DNA from: Nitrosomonas oligotropha
GTDB taxonomy: Bacteria > Pseudomonadota > Gammaproteobacteria > Burkholderiales > Nitrosomonadaceae
Assembly: GCA_008015635.1 (NCBI GenBank)
Contig: SSFX01000036.1
Coordinates: 6,603 to 70,602 of the forward strand
Length of the DNA: 64,000 bases
Direction of reading: 5' to 3'
The position numbers and the translations under genes were made by a program. The notes under the pieces were generated by a model that saw only the letters and a list, made by a program, of their open reading frames with translations, ran no database searches and had not been told where the DNA came from. The stretch's first letter is position 1, and each line of letters starts with the position of its first letter. Below are positions 30,595 to 40,818 of this stretch, in pieces.

Positions 30595-31836
30595 TTAACT
30601 ACCGCTGAGTTGCTCGAAAATCCGGAATCCCGCGACATAAGTGCCAATGGCGGCACCCAGTGACGAAAAAATGAAAATTAGCAAAATGCGCGTGACTTGG
30701 TTATTCCACCAGCCTTTTAAGCTGGTTGTATCGGTTCTGAGCCGGTTAAAATCGCTGACCTTGGGTTTGCGCAAATAGGCTTCAACAGCCGCTACAACCA
30801 TTCCGGCACCGATGGCAGGATGCAGCGTTGTGAAGGGAGCCGCCAGGAAAGCACTCAGAATGGACAGCGGATGCGCCAAAGCGATGGCTGTCCCCACTGC
30901 GGACAATCCACCGGTTATCAGCACCCAATCCATGACCATGCTGATGCCGATATCCGGGCTTTGCATAAAGCCAAAAACGAAACCGGCCAAAACGAATACC
31001 ACGATCAGCCAAGGGATGAGCTTGAGCCACGGCGATGGTGGCGGGATGTTGTCCAGTTGCGCAATGCGCTCATCCGGATTATCCATGGGATGCTCAGCAA
31101 GCTGCCGTGACATGCCATTCAGATGACCGGCGCCGACCACAGCTAAAATATGCCGGTAATTGTTTTCCCGGCATTCTTTGATGAGCCGCGCGGCCATGTA
31201 TTCATCCCGTTCACTGATGAGCGGATGGAACAAGTCTTTTTCATCTTCCGCGAATTGCGAGAAAGAGCTTTCCAATACATCGCCTTCTTTCAGTTTTTCG
31301 ATTTCCGCCGAGCTGAATTTTTCCTGACTGATGACGCTGGCGATCAAACCGGCAAAAATATTGATGCGTTTCCACCATGGCACGCTGTGATAAATCCGTT
31401 TCATAGTCGTGCCGATTTCGCGGTCAATCAGCAACACCGGTAATTGCGCCGCTTGCGCATCCTTGATGGCAACCCGCATCTCCGCTCCCGGTTCTATTCC
31501 GAACTGCTCCGCCATGCGCTGCTGAAAAGCGCCTAATGCGAGGCTGGCCGCGACCATGCTTGCTTGACCGTTTTTGATGACTTGGAATAAATCCATTTTA
31601 GCCATCGCATCGGGATTCACGATGGCTTTATGCCGGCTTGGGCATAACTCAACCGCCACTGCATCGTATTGTCCGGTGGCGATCAGCTCTTGAACCTTGT
31701 CCGCGCTGGCTTTTGAGACATGCGCGGTGCCCAGTAAGGTAATGCTGCCGCTGTTGGTTTTGACAATCTTGATCGGCTCGTCTTGCGTGTCACTTTTACC
31801 GGTTGACGCGGTAGTTTGTTCTTCTAGTGTGGTCAT
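30595..31836 (-). CDS. TraB/PrgY/GumN family protein with C-terminal TM helices
   Basis: LLGTAHVS, VAVELC, PGAEM, IDRE, ERDEYM, VVGAGH. Confidence 0.9.
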   Translation of the reverse strand: MTTLEEQTTASTGKSDTQDEPIKIVKTNSGSITLLGTAHVSKASADKVQELIATGQYDAVAVELCPSRHKAIVNPDAMAKMDLFQVIKNGQASMVAASLALGAFQQRMAEQFGIEPGAEMRVAIKDAQAAQLPVLLIDREIGTTMKRIYHSVPWWKRINIFAGLIASVISQEKFSSAEIEKLKEGDVLESSFSQFAEDEKDLFHPLISERDEYMAARLIKECRENNYRHILAVVGAGHLNGMSRQLAEHPMDNPDERIAQLDNIPPPSPWLKLIPWLIVVFVLAGFVFGFMQSPDIGISMVMDWVLITGGLSAVGTAIALAHPLSILSAFLAAPFTTLHPAIGAGMVVAAVEAYLRKPKVSDFNRLRTDTTSLKGWWNNQVTRILLIFIFSSLGAAIGTYVAGFRIFEQLSGS

Positions 31837-32193
31837 TGGCGGTGATAGTTATAAATCATCGGAAGTGGATTGTTGTCGCTTTGCATAACGAAGATTATCA
31901 CGGCGTTAACTAAAACAGAATTTAGTTCTGCACAAATTCAAAACAGCGCGAAATAGTGAGCATTCGGGCGTGACATTTGCAGTACATATGTACTAACAAA
32001 AAGGGAATGATGTTCTATGTACTTAAAAAAATTCAAACCTATAATGGAACACGCTGTAATCGTTAAATAAATTTTGCATTGAAATATACAAAGTTTAATT
32101 GATTAATGGGTGGTTTGAAATTTAAGTTGGTTGTGAAGAGCTAAGATTCTAACAACTATTTTATGTTGCATCGATAAATTTAGGGAGTTAATT

Positions 32194-33072
32194 ATGAAAT
32201 TCGAATTGAGAAAAAATTGTCTGGCACAAGTTGTAGCAATCGCTTTATGCGGTTCGTTTGTTTCTGCAGCACAAGCTGCTCCAACCGTAATCAGCGGTTT
32301 CGGCACTACTTCCGCAACGATTGATGATGCAGGTTATTTCTCACCTGCTGGCGCACTCGGCTTAAGCTTCAACGGCAGAGAATTTGTTAATCTGGGCACA
32401 TTTGCATCCAACTGGTCACTCAATGCCAACGGCGGATCTGTTGCTGTTGCTGATTCAGTGGCCGGTAACAATCCATTAGCAACGACTGCTTTTGGCGCAG
32501 GTGGCAGCATTTCCGTTGTTACCAATCTTGGCGGTGGCGGTGGTGGCTGGAGTCTGGTTGAGACAGTCAGTGTTCCAGCAAGTGGTCACGTAGCTGTTCA
32601 AATTCAATTGACCAACAACACCGGTGCTAATGCAACCGGCGTGCAATGGGGTGTTGGTATCGATGCTGATCAAGGTGTTCCAGCTGGCTTCGGATTTGGT
32701 ACAACAAACGAAATTCTGGGGCTAGGAAATGCATCTGCTGTAAGAGCTACCAGCTTGGATGGATGGTCGTTAACCCTGGCTAACACAACCAGTGCATCGG
32801 CATTTAACATTGCTGGTTATATCGATCCATTCAGCTGCTGCAGCCCAGTTGATCCTGCTGCAATGTTATCTGCAGCTCAAGCAATTGGTAATTATGGTTT
32901 TGCAGACAGTTCAATTAACCTGGCATATGATTTGGGCGCGATTGCTAACGGTCAATCAGCAACTTTTGGTTATGAATACATCATGGCTGTTCCAGAACCA
33001 GAAACCTATGCAATGTTACTGGCTGGTCTTGGTTTGATCGGTTTCTCAGCACGCCGCCGTAGCGCAGTGTAA
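32194..33072 (+). CDS. PEP-CTERM exosortase-sorted surface protein
   Basis: Signal peptide AQA-A; C-terminal VPEPETYAMLLAGLGLIGFSARRR. Confidence 0.93.
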   Translation: MKFELRKNCLAQVVAIALCGSFVSAAQAAPTVISGFGTTSATIDDAGYFSPAGALGLSFNGREFVNLGTFASNWSLNANGGSVAVADSVAGNNPLATTAFGAGGSISVVTNLGGGGGGWSLVETVSVPASGHVAVQIQLTNNTGANATGVQWGVGIDADQGVPAGFGFGTTNEILGLGNASAVRATSLDGWSLTLANTTSASAFNIAGYIDPFSCCSPVDPAAMLSAAQAIGNYGFADSSINLAYDLGAIANGQSATFGYEYIMAVPEPETYAMLLAGLGLIGFSARRRSAV

Positions 33073-33089
33073 TTAGAAACAAATTTCAG

Positions 33090-33130
33090 AAGCCACGGAG
33101 ATAAGATTTTCTCTGTGGCTTTTTTGTTTT
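33090..33130 (+). terminator. Rho-independent terminator
   Basis: AGCCACGGAGA...TCTCTGTGGCT followed by T-run. Confidence 0.8.
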
Positions 33131-33445
33131 TTGCATTTAAAGTGATTCATACATGCGTTACCAGCAGTGAGCGTAAATAACTCAGGTCAATGATTGTCAA
33201 GCACGCTTCCGGTAATCAGGGTTTGTGAAATTCCTTACTCTCGGTATATCAAAGAAACAGATTACTCTTGAATCTGTCTGGATTTATTGGTTTTATCCAT
33301 CTGGTCTATAAAATCGATAACACATTCGTTGCCGTACTCAATTCCATAATGCGAGCTTACGAGAGCGAATATCGGTGTACAATTCATGGCAATGGATGTG
33401 TACAAGTCAGATTCAATGTAATAACTTGCGAGGGAAGTAGTTGTT

Positions 33446-33889
33446 ATGAAGAGATTAATTGCTGCTGTTTTTTTTATTGTTGCGATTACACTATCCGGTT
33501 GCGTGGCTTCATCGGGGAATCATCAAGCACCTTATATCTCGCCAGCACAATTTCAAACTTACAATTGCAACGAATTACTGGCAGAGATTGAGCGAATTCA
33601 AACCAGAGTCAGTCAATTGACGGGTAAGCCGGATGATAAAACACCGGCCAAGGATAAATGGATACTGGGTGCCGATTTATCGCTTTCCTGGGCAGCGTTA
33701 TTTGCACTCGGCGGGACTAAAGAACAAGAAGCTGAATATGCGCAGTTAAAGAGTGAATATGATGCGATACAGCAGTGGGCGGTCATCAAACAATGCCCCG
33801 GAGTGATTCCACCGGCGGAAAAACCGCCGGAATTTGATCCCGATCTGGTCGATTCTCATAAGCTGGATACCAAGACAAGTCAACGTTAA
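33446..33889 (+). CDS. Hypothetical lipoprotein
   Basis: Lipobox LSGC; helical body with two additional Cys. Confidence 0.8.
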   Translation: MKRLIAAVFFIVAITLSGCVASSGNHQAPYISPAQFQTYNCNELLAEIERIQTRVSQLTGKPDDKTPAKDKWILGADLSLSWAALFALGGTKEQEAEYAQLKSEYDAIQQWAVIKQCPGVIPPAEKPPEFDPDLVDSHKLDTKTSQR

Positions 33890-33893
33890 GACA

Positions 33894-35624
33894 TCATATT
33901 TGAATTTTTGAACCGGACTGCACTGAGAGGCGGCGATGTCGTGCGAGATAACGTGGAGTCCAGCCATACGGGAGTTTGTGCACGAAATGATAACGTGCCA
34001 CATGATAACTGGGGTCAAAGCCGTAAAAATTCAGTTCCATGTGCCGGAGTTCTTCAGTGCGGTAATTTTGTAACGGTTTTAGCTGTTCATCCAATTGCCG
34101 CTGCTGTGTTTTTTGTTGCAAGAGTGAAGCGAAATCCGGATTTGAAGCAAGCGCTTCAGCAATACGAACTATTTCCTTCTTAAAGTCATCCGGGTTTAAA
34201 GCAAAGCAATCATCGATCAATCCGATGTCTCGGGCTTTCTGTGCGCTGACTGGCAAACGATTTTGTGTCAATGCGTGTACACACGATGCGTCGACCCGGC
34301 GCGGTAGCAAATAAGTCCAGTATTCCGAACCGTAAAGATTTCCCATGCTTTTATAATGCGGATTGAGTATGACACTGGCACGCGCAAAAATGTAATCGGC
34401 AGCCAGAGATAGAAACACGCCACCGGCACCGGCATTGCCTTGCAGCGCTGCGATCGTGAGCTGCCGCTCAGTGGTGATGATCGACTGCACCAGATCATTC
34501 ATGGCATTAATGTTGCGCCAGGACTCGACGGCGGGACTGTCGGCATTTTCGATATGATTGAGATGTATGCCGTTGCTCCAGAAATCGGACCCACCCATCA
34601 ACACGATCACACGAACGTCGCTTGCTGTGGCTTGCAAGTAAGTGTAACGCAAACGCTCACACTGCCCGGCATCCATGGCACCGTTATAAAAATCAAAATG
34701 CAGATAGCCGACATCTTTCTTTCGTTCGAACCAGATATCCTGGTAAGTGTCGCCAAACTTCGCCATGAAGGGATCGCAGGGAATTTCTGGCACACCGGTC
34801 AAGCGATCTTTCAATGCGCTGGTGGCAGCCAGTTTAAAGGTTAATTCAGCGTCATTCTTATGCTTTAAATGACCGATCCAAACCGCGCCATCCAGGGTAG
34901 CCCGGCAGATGGCGTTGTGACGCTTTGCGATAATTGCTCCGGGTGTGCCGGTCAGATTCTCTTCGCTGCATGCATCATACAAATAATAGTATTCACCCAA
35001 CAACGTATCCAAAACACCGGGGAATCCATCGGCGGCATGGATTTTTCTCACAATAGTGAGCGTGTTGTCTCGTTGCCAATCAATGCGGCGATCAGCTTGC
35101 CGGATGGGCGTATGCAAGCGGCCATAGACATCAGCGCGTGAATAATCCAGCGGAATTGGTTTATAAGCGCCGGACTGAAAACGCGCTACCGCTGTGAGCA
35201 CAGCTCGGGTTGCTGCTTCAACAACTTCGTGGCGGTACAGGCTGCTTTTGCGGGCCAACCGCATCGGAAAAACTTCCGCAGCCCAGATATCGCCCGCATC
35301 CATTTCCGCATTGGCTTGTAATACGGTAACGCCCCATTCCTGCCGATCCCGCATGATCGCCCAATCGAGCGCGGCAGGGCCGCGGTCTCCGATGATTCCT
35401 GGGTGCACGATAAAACAAGTATGTTTGCGCCAGATGGTTTCCGGGATAGCGCGTTTTAGATAAGGCGCGATAATCAGATCCGGCTGGAAAAGTGCGACGG
35501 CTTCGCAGCTTATCGCGTCGTTGATATCAAACTCGATGGATATGTCATGTCCGCAATGCGTTAATTCGACAAACAGACGTTGCGACAGACAATTGAAGCT
35601 GTGTGTGAGAAACAGAATTTTCAA
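33894..35624 (-). CDS. hoxX: Hydrogenase maturation protein HoxX/HypX (formyltransferase + crotonase domains)
   Basis: FNCLSQR, VHPGIIGDRGP, FYNGAM, WSNGIHL, GNAGAGG, LNPHYKSMGNLYGSEYWTYLLP. Confidence 0.93.
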   Translation of the reverse strand: MKILFLTHSFNCLSQRLFVELTHCGHDISIEFDINDAISCEAVALFQPDLIIAPYLKRAIPETIWRKHTCFIVHPGIIGDRGPAALDWAIMRDRQEWGVTVLQANAEMDAGDIWAAEVFPMRLARKSSLYRHEVVEAATRAVLTAVARFQSGAYKPIPLDYSRADVYGRLHTPIRQADRRIDWQRDNTLTIVRKIHAADGFPGVLDTLLGEYYYLYDACSEENLTGTPGAIIAKRHNAICRATLDGAVWIGHLKHKNDAELTFKLAATSALKDRLTGVPEIPCDPFMAKFGDTYQDIWFERKKDVGYLHFDFYNGAMDAGQCERLRYTYLQATASDVRVIVLMGGSDFWSNGIHLNHIENADSPAVESWRNINAMNDLVQSIITTERQLTIAALQGNAGAGGVFLSLAADYIFARASVILNPHYKSMGNLYGSEYWTYLLPRRVDASCVHALTQNRLPVSAQKARDIGLIDDCFALNPDDFKKEIVRIAEALASNPDFASLLQQKTQQRQLDEQLKPLQNYRTEELRHMELNFYGFDPSYHVARYHFVHKLPYGWTPRYLARHRRLSVQSGSKIQI

Positions 35625-35634
35625 TTGACGAAAA

Positions 35635-36693
35635 TTAACAGATCCGTGGCAGTTGCTCGCCGCTTAACCAATCAACGACGCGTTTGCCACCAAACCGGGT
35701 TTGCATTTGCACAAAGCAGTGCACGTCTTCGATGACTTCGCCGATGATGCTGGCATGCCTGCCCAATGGGTGGGCATGCATCACATGCAATAGCTTTTCG
35801 GCATCTTCCGCGGCGCAGATCGCAATCAGCTTGCCTTCATTGGCAATGTACAACGGGTCCAGACCAATGAATTCACAAGCGGCTTGGACTTGCTCCTGGA
35901 TCGGCAGCCGGTCTTCATAGATCATCATGCCTACAGACGATTGCTGGGCAATTTCGTTTAGGGTGGTGGCCACGCCGCCGCGCGTAGGGTCGCGCAATAC
36001 ATGGATGCCGGGTGTGACGGCGATCATTGTGGCTACTAGATCATGCAAGGCCGCGGTGTCCGATTCGATACTGGTTTGGAAAGACAGGTTTTCACGCAAC
36101 GCCATGATGGCGATACCATGATCGCCGAGTGTGCCAGATACCAATATCTTATCGCCGGGCCGGGCGTTGTCACCGGAAATATGAATCCCTTCCGGCGCCA
36201 TGCCAATGCCCGTCGTGGTGATGAATACGCCATCGCCGTTGCCTTTTTCCACCACTTTGGTGTCACCGGTGATAATCGGCACTTGTGCAGCTTGTGCCGC
36301 TTTAGCCATGGAATCCACGATGCGTTTCAGATCGGATAATGGGAAGCCTTCTTCCAGAATAAAACTGGCAGCCAGGTAGCAAGGCTTGGCGCCAGACATG
36401 GCAATGTCATTGATGGTCCCGTGCACTGCCAAACTGCCGATATCTCCGCCGGGAAAAAATAGAGGGGTCACGACATGGCTGTCAGTAGACATCACCATGC
36501 GGCCATTAATGCTCTGGAAGCAAGCCTGATCATTCATTTGGCGCAAGAATTCGTTATCAAATGCGGTAATGAACAATTGCTGGATTAATTGCGCCATCGC
36601 CCGTCCGCCGCTGCCATGACTCATTTCGATGCAGCCATGCTTCAGGTCGAGTGCACGGGTATAACCCGGTTTAACTTTACCAGTGGCGGACAT
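35635..36693 (-). CDS. hypE: Hydrogenase maturation carbamoyl dehydratase HypE
   Basis: HGSGG, PLFFPGGDIG, GDTKVV, RDPTRGG, C-terminal PRIC. Confidence 0.96.
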   Translation of the reverse strand: MSATGKVKPGYTRALDLKHGCIEMSHGSGGRAMAQLIQQLFITAFDNEFLRQMNDQACFQSINGRMVMSTDSHVVTPLFFPGGDIGSLAVHGTINDIAMSGAKPCYLAASFILEEGFPLSDLKRIVDSMAKAAQAAQVPIITGDTKVVEKGNGDGVFITTTGIGMAPEGIHISGDNARPGDKILVSGTLGDHGIAIMALRENLSFQTSIESDTAALHDLVATMIAVTPGIHVLRDPTRGGVATTLNEIAQQSSVGMMIYEDRLPIQEQVQAACEFIGLDPLYIANEGKLIAICAAEDAEKLLHVMHAHPLGRHASIIGEVIEDVHCFVQMQTRFGGKRVVDWLSGEQLPRIC

Positions 36694-37841
36694 TAATTTT
36701 CCTGCGTTGCAACATGATTATTTTCACGGAAACGGCCATAGCTGTAATGAGCGGCACATGCGCCTTCAGAGGAAACCATGCAGGAACCGACCGGGTTTTC
36801 GGGTGTGCAAACGGTGCCAAAAATTTTGCAATCCTGCGGCCGTTTAACGCCGCGCAAAATAGCGCCGCACTCGCAGGCCTTGTTATCGGCAATGGATACT
36901 GTTGAAATCCGGAAACGCTGCTCGGCGTCAAAATCAGCATAGCTTGATTTGATTTTCAGCGCGCTGTAAGGCACCCATCCCAAGCCGCGCCATTCAAAAG
37001 TACGGCGTAATTCGAAAACTTCGGCGACAAGCGATTGCGCTTTGCGATTGCCTGCCGGAGAAACCGCACGGGTAAATTCATTTTCAACTTCAGCCCGGCT
37101 TGCATTGATTTGGCGTATTAGCATCAAGATGGCTTGCATGACATCGAGTGGCTCAAAGCCGGCTATCACGACCGGTTTCTGAAATTCCTCGGCGAAATAT
37201 TCGTACGGTTGGCTGCCAATGATGACGGAAACATGCGCCGGTCCAATAAAACCATCCAGCGGAACCAAGCCAAACTGACGGACTTCCGGCGATTGCAAAA
37301 TATGGGAGATGGCGGAAGGAGTCAGGACGTGATTGCAGAATACCGTGAAGTTATTCAAACCCAGTGTCTGCGCTTGCTGGATTGCAACAGCTGTGGGTGG
37401 TGTCGTGGTTTCAAAGCCGATGGCAAAAAAAACCACCTGCCGTTGCGGATTCTCCTGTGCGATTTTTATAGCATCCGCACTGCTGTAAACCATACGGATA
37501 TCCGCACCTTGTGCTTTCGCTTTCAATAAACTCATTCCGTTGGTGGCCGGTATGCGCAGCATATCCCCATAACTGCAGAGTATCAATCCCGGCATTTGTG
37601 CCAATTGAATCGCATTCTCTACGCGGCCGATAGGTAAAACGCATACCGGACAACCCGGGCCATGAATCATATGCACATTGTCAGGCAGCAGATCGACTAT
37701 GCCGAAACGCGAAATGGCATGGGTATGGCCACCGCAAAATTCCATGAAGTGGTAATCGCGTCTGGGGTCGGCTTCCGATGCGATTTTTGCAGCGATTTGC
37801 CATGCCAGAGCGCCTGCGCGAAATTCATCGATATATTTCAT
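36693..37841 (-). CDS. hypD: Hydrogenase maturation protein HypD
   Basis: CGGHTH, GPGCPVC, GFETT, CMVSSEGACAA. Confidence 0.96.
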   Translation of the reverse strand: MKYIDEFRAGALAWQIAAKIASEADPRRDYHFMEFCGGHTHAISRFGIVDLLPDNVHMIHGPGCPVCVLPIGRVENAIQLAQMPGLILCSYGDMLRIPATNGMSLLKAKAQGADIRMVYSSADAIKIAQENPQRQVVFFAIGFETTTPPTAVAIQQAQTLGLNNFTVFCNHVLTPSAISHILQSPEVRQFGLVPLDGFIGPAHVSVIIGSQPYEYFAEEFQKPVVIAGFEPLDVMQAILMLIRQINASRAEVENEFTRAVSPAGNRKAQSLVAEVFELRRTFEWRGLGWVPYSALKIKSSYADFDAEQRFRISTVSIADNKACECGAILRGVKRPQDCKIFGTVCTPENPVGSCMVSSEGACAAHYSYGRFRENNHVATQEN

Positions 37842-38074
37842 TATGAAAGATTGTTATCGAGCGCCGATATTTCGGCGAACATTGCCAATGTGCGTTCCGC
37901 TTCCAGCGGATCGAGCTTTTGTAGCGCAAAACCAACATGTACGATGACGTAATCTCCAGGAACAATATCTTCAACCAATGCCAGTGAGATTTCTTTGCGC
38001 ACGCCGCTGAGGTTTACGATGGCATGATTTGCAGCAGTCAATTGTTCGACACAAGCAGGAATAGCAAGGCACAT
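37841..38074 (-). CDS. hypC: Hydrogenase chaperone HypC
   Basis: MCLAIP start, GDYVIVHVGFA. Confidence 0.95.
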   Translation of the reverse strand: MCLAIPACVEQLTAANHAIVNLSGVRKEISLALVEDIVPGDYVIVHVGFALQKLDPLEAERTLAMFAEISALDNNLS

Positions 38075-38147
38075 GGGCACTTAATGGGAATTTCCGGAGA
38101 GTGAAATTATGACATAATTAATCATCCTTATTATTGATAGTCAAAAA

Positions 38148-38723
38148 GTGATCAAGCGAAATTTTTTTATTCAATATTCGATAATTGTGTTGATTGGATT
38201 AGCTGGCTTGTGCGTTATGCACAATTCTGCGCGTGCGGATAATAACGTGTGGATCGATGTGGATACCACTGAGCACACTTTGTCTGTGATGCAGGGAGAT
38301 ACTGTTCAGGCGGTATTTAAAAATGTAGCGATTGGACGTTTCGGTACTACATGGTCAAAAATGACAAAAGACGATAAAACCCCGCTGGGTAGATTCAAAA
38401 TTGGCTGGGTCAATGAAAAGAGCCGTTATTATCGTTTTTTTGGCCTTAATTATCCGAATCTTGATACTGCAAAACGCGCATTGGAGGAAAATAGGATTGA
38501 TGAAGATACTTGGTTATCAATCTTGGAAGCAAAAAGTATGGGTAAGACACCACCTCAGAATACGCCGCTGGGTGGCCATATCGGCATACATGGGATTGGC
38601 AGGGGGGATCGAGAGATTCACCATCAGTATAATTGGACGAATGGCTGCATTGCGCTGACGAATGAGCAAATCGATCAGCTCGGTAAGTGGATCAGACCTG
38701 GTGTGTGGGTGAATATTCGTTAG
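38148..38723 (+). CDS. L,D-transpeptidase (YkuD) family protein
   Basis: KTPLG, LNYPN, IGIHG...WTNGCIAL. Confidence 0.9.
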   Translation: MIKRNFFIQYSIIVLIGLAGLCVMHNSARADNNVWIDVDTTEHTLSVMQGDTVQAVFKNVAIGRFGTTWSKMTKDDKTPLGRFKIGWVNEKSRYYRFFGLNYPNLDTAKRALEENRIDEDTWLSILEAKSMGKTPPQNTPLGGHIGIHGIGRGDREIHHQYNWTNGCIALTNEQIDQLGKWIRPGVWVNIR

Positions 38724-39004
38724 CGTTAGAATGACCATTTATGCAGGTCTTCGTTCTTTGTTGTTAATTAATTGAATTGCGGAATATGGGGAAATAGTTA
38801 TTCTTATTAATTGCTTATGATTCTGTTTGTGGTTTTATTGATCTGGTGCGTGGTAAATTTGTCATAAAATGCATTTATTTTGCGGGAAAAATCGGATAAG
38901 ATTCCGGTGCGTTAATGATATTAAAATATCTAAAATGTCATTAACTAGTAGAAATAGTGGATGTTTGTGCGTATTGAATAGAATAAACAACTGAGGAGAT
39001 CGGA

Positions 39005-39295
39005 ATGAAAGGAAAAATCCAGCATCCAGTTCGTATGTTAACACTGGCAGCAATTGCAGGCGCTTTTATTGGGTTGACAGGATGTGCAACGACAGGTCAA
39101 TTGGAAGAGCTGCAAAATAAAGTGAATGCTGATATTGCGGCTGTTAAAGCTGATGCAGCTGCAGCGAAAGCAGCAGCAGATGCAGCTAATGCCAAAGCAA
39201 ATGATGCGCTGCGTATTGCGGACGAAGCAAACAGACGTTCAATGGATACAGAATCCAAAATCGATCGCATGTTCAAAAAAGCAATGCATAAGTAA
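39005..39295 (+). CDS. Lpp/OprI-like alanine-zipper lipoprotein
   Basis: Lipobox LTGC, Ala-rich coiled coil, ends KIDRMFKKAMHK (C-terminal Lys). Confidence 0.9.
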   Translation: MKGKIQHPVRMLTLAAIAGAFIGLTGCATTGQLEELQNKVNADIAAVKADAAAAKAAADAANAKANDALRIADEANRRSMDTESKIDRMFKKAMHK

Positions 39296-39337
39296 TAAGT
39301 AATGTAATACCAAATAAAAATTTGGATTTGCATTCAT

Positions 39338-39367
39338 AAAAAAACCCCTCGAATGAGGGGTTTTTTT
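39338..39367. terminator. Bidirectional rho-independent terminator
   Basis: A7-CCCCTC-GAAT-GAGGGG-T7 between convergent genes. Confidence 0.88.
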
Positions 39368-39403
39368 ATGTGTATCGTTTCACAGCTTACATTCCGTTTG
39401 ATA

Positions 39404-40393
39404 CTAATGGTTATTTTGCGTGTGTAATTGTGCTTGTGCGGTAGTGCGAGAGATCAGTACGGGCATTCCACTTTTTTCCATGATCGCTTGTTTTAGAGCT
39501 TCTTGATCGATTTCAAAATCTGCGGGTATGGTTCTTTTGCTGCTTTTTAATGCGAGAAAATCATTGATGGCGGTGACTACCATGTGTTTATAGTTGGTGT
39601 ATTTTTCCTCGTCTTCTTCTAATGGCGGGTGAAGTTCAATGAAAAGCGAGTCCAATAACCAGCCCAGTTTAATGGGTTGATTCACTATTTGTACCGCTGT
39701 ACCGACCGGGACTTTATCAAAGAGTGCTTCTATGTCTTCCGGATACATGCGAACACATCCTGCGGAAACGCGCATACCGACACCAAATGGCTTGATCGTG
39801 CCGTGTATCAGATAACTGCCGCTGCTAATACCTAGGCGCATGGCATGCCGGCCTAAGGGATTGGTCGGGCCTGGCGGAACAATACTGGGATAAGGTTGTT
39901 CTCCATTGGCAATTCTGTCCATTTGGAGAGATTTTGGCGGTATCCAGGTGGGATCTTTCTTTTTGTCAACGATTTTGGTTGTTCCCAAGGGGGTTATCCA
40001 GTCCATTCTGCCTATGCCGACGGGGTGTGTAATAATCATCGGCTTTTCGCCTTTTTTAGGTTCCGGGAAATAATAAATTCTCATTTCAGGTAAGTTAAGC
40101 AGTAATCCCTTGCGGTCGCCATGAGGAATAATATAGCGGCTAGGCAGAATGACCTCTGCGCCATCCTGGGGTAACCATCGATCTACATTGGGATTGGCCA
40201 GTAGAATCTCAATTTGACCAATATCGTATTGGCGTGCGATATCGAGTAGTGTTTCCGCGCTGCTTGCATGTGTAGTTCGTATCTGGCCAAAAACATCAAT
40301 ATCGGAGGGTGGGAGTACCCACGTTTCAGCTTTAATTGGAAAAGCGGCGATTAGATTCAGTATTGCAAAAAGAAGCAAATAAGATTTACGCAT
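39404..40393 (-). CDS. LysM-containing L,D-transpeptidase (ErfK/YbiS/YcfS type)
   Basis: TLLDIAR...ANPNVDRWLP, NLPEMR, PVGIG, PTWIPP, NPLG, IHGT...VSAGCVRM. Confidence 0.93.
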   Translation of the reverse strand: MRKSYLLLFAILNLIAAFPIKAETWVLPPSDIDVFGQIRTTHASSAETLLDIARQYDIGQIEILLANPNVDRWLPQDGAEVILPSRYIIPHGDRKGLLLNLPEMRIYYFPEPKKGEKPMIITHPVGIGRMDWITPLGTTKIVDKKKDPTWIPPKSLQMDRIANGEQPYPSIVPPGPTNPLGRHAMRLGISSGSYLIHGTIKPFGVGMRVSAGCVRMYPEDIEALFDKVPVGTAVQIVNQPIKLGWLLDSLFIELHPPLEEDEEKYTNYKHMVVTAINDFLALKSSKRTIPADFEIDQEALKQAIMEKSGMPVLISRTTAQAQLHTQNNH

Positions 40394-40610
40394 AAGTCGT
40401 ACCTTGCAAAGGTGGTGCCCTACTTAAGTTATGAGGTAATCAATGTAGCGGATGATAGCTGAAATTTCCTGATTCAAAACATGAAAAACAGTATAAATAT
40501 GCCTCATCGAAAGAGGGCGAAATTAATTTATATTGCTTTAATATCAGTAATTTTAAGAAATTCTGAATGAATTTATCAGGGATGTGAAATAAAATTTATC
40601 ATCAGAAAAA

Positions 40611-40646
40611 CAACAAATATGTTGTATGAGAACAACATATTTGTTG
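40611..40646. promoter_or_regulatory. Paired operator-like inverted repeat upstream of porin
   Basis: CAACAAATATGTTG-8 bp-CAACATATTTGTTG (perfect 14-bp IR). Confidence 0.5.
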
Positions 40647-40818
40647 CTAAATGTGCAAGATTTGTTTGTTTTTCTTGCAGTATGTTTCTGTATTGGGGCA
40701 CAATCAGATCAAACCTCCCGATTGGGGAGGTCCGAACAAGCGGGGTGCATTCCACCGGAATGTAGTAAGACAAAATAAGACGGCCCCAGTCGTTTTAACA
40801 TTAAAGGAGAACTTCGGT

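Noticed and set aside
40651-40818. Extended porin N-terminus from the ORF track
   Set aside because: RBS and signal peptide start at 40819; the region is better read as promoter/5' UTR
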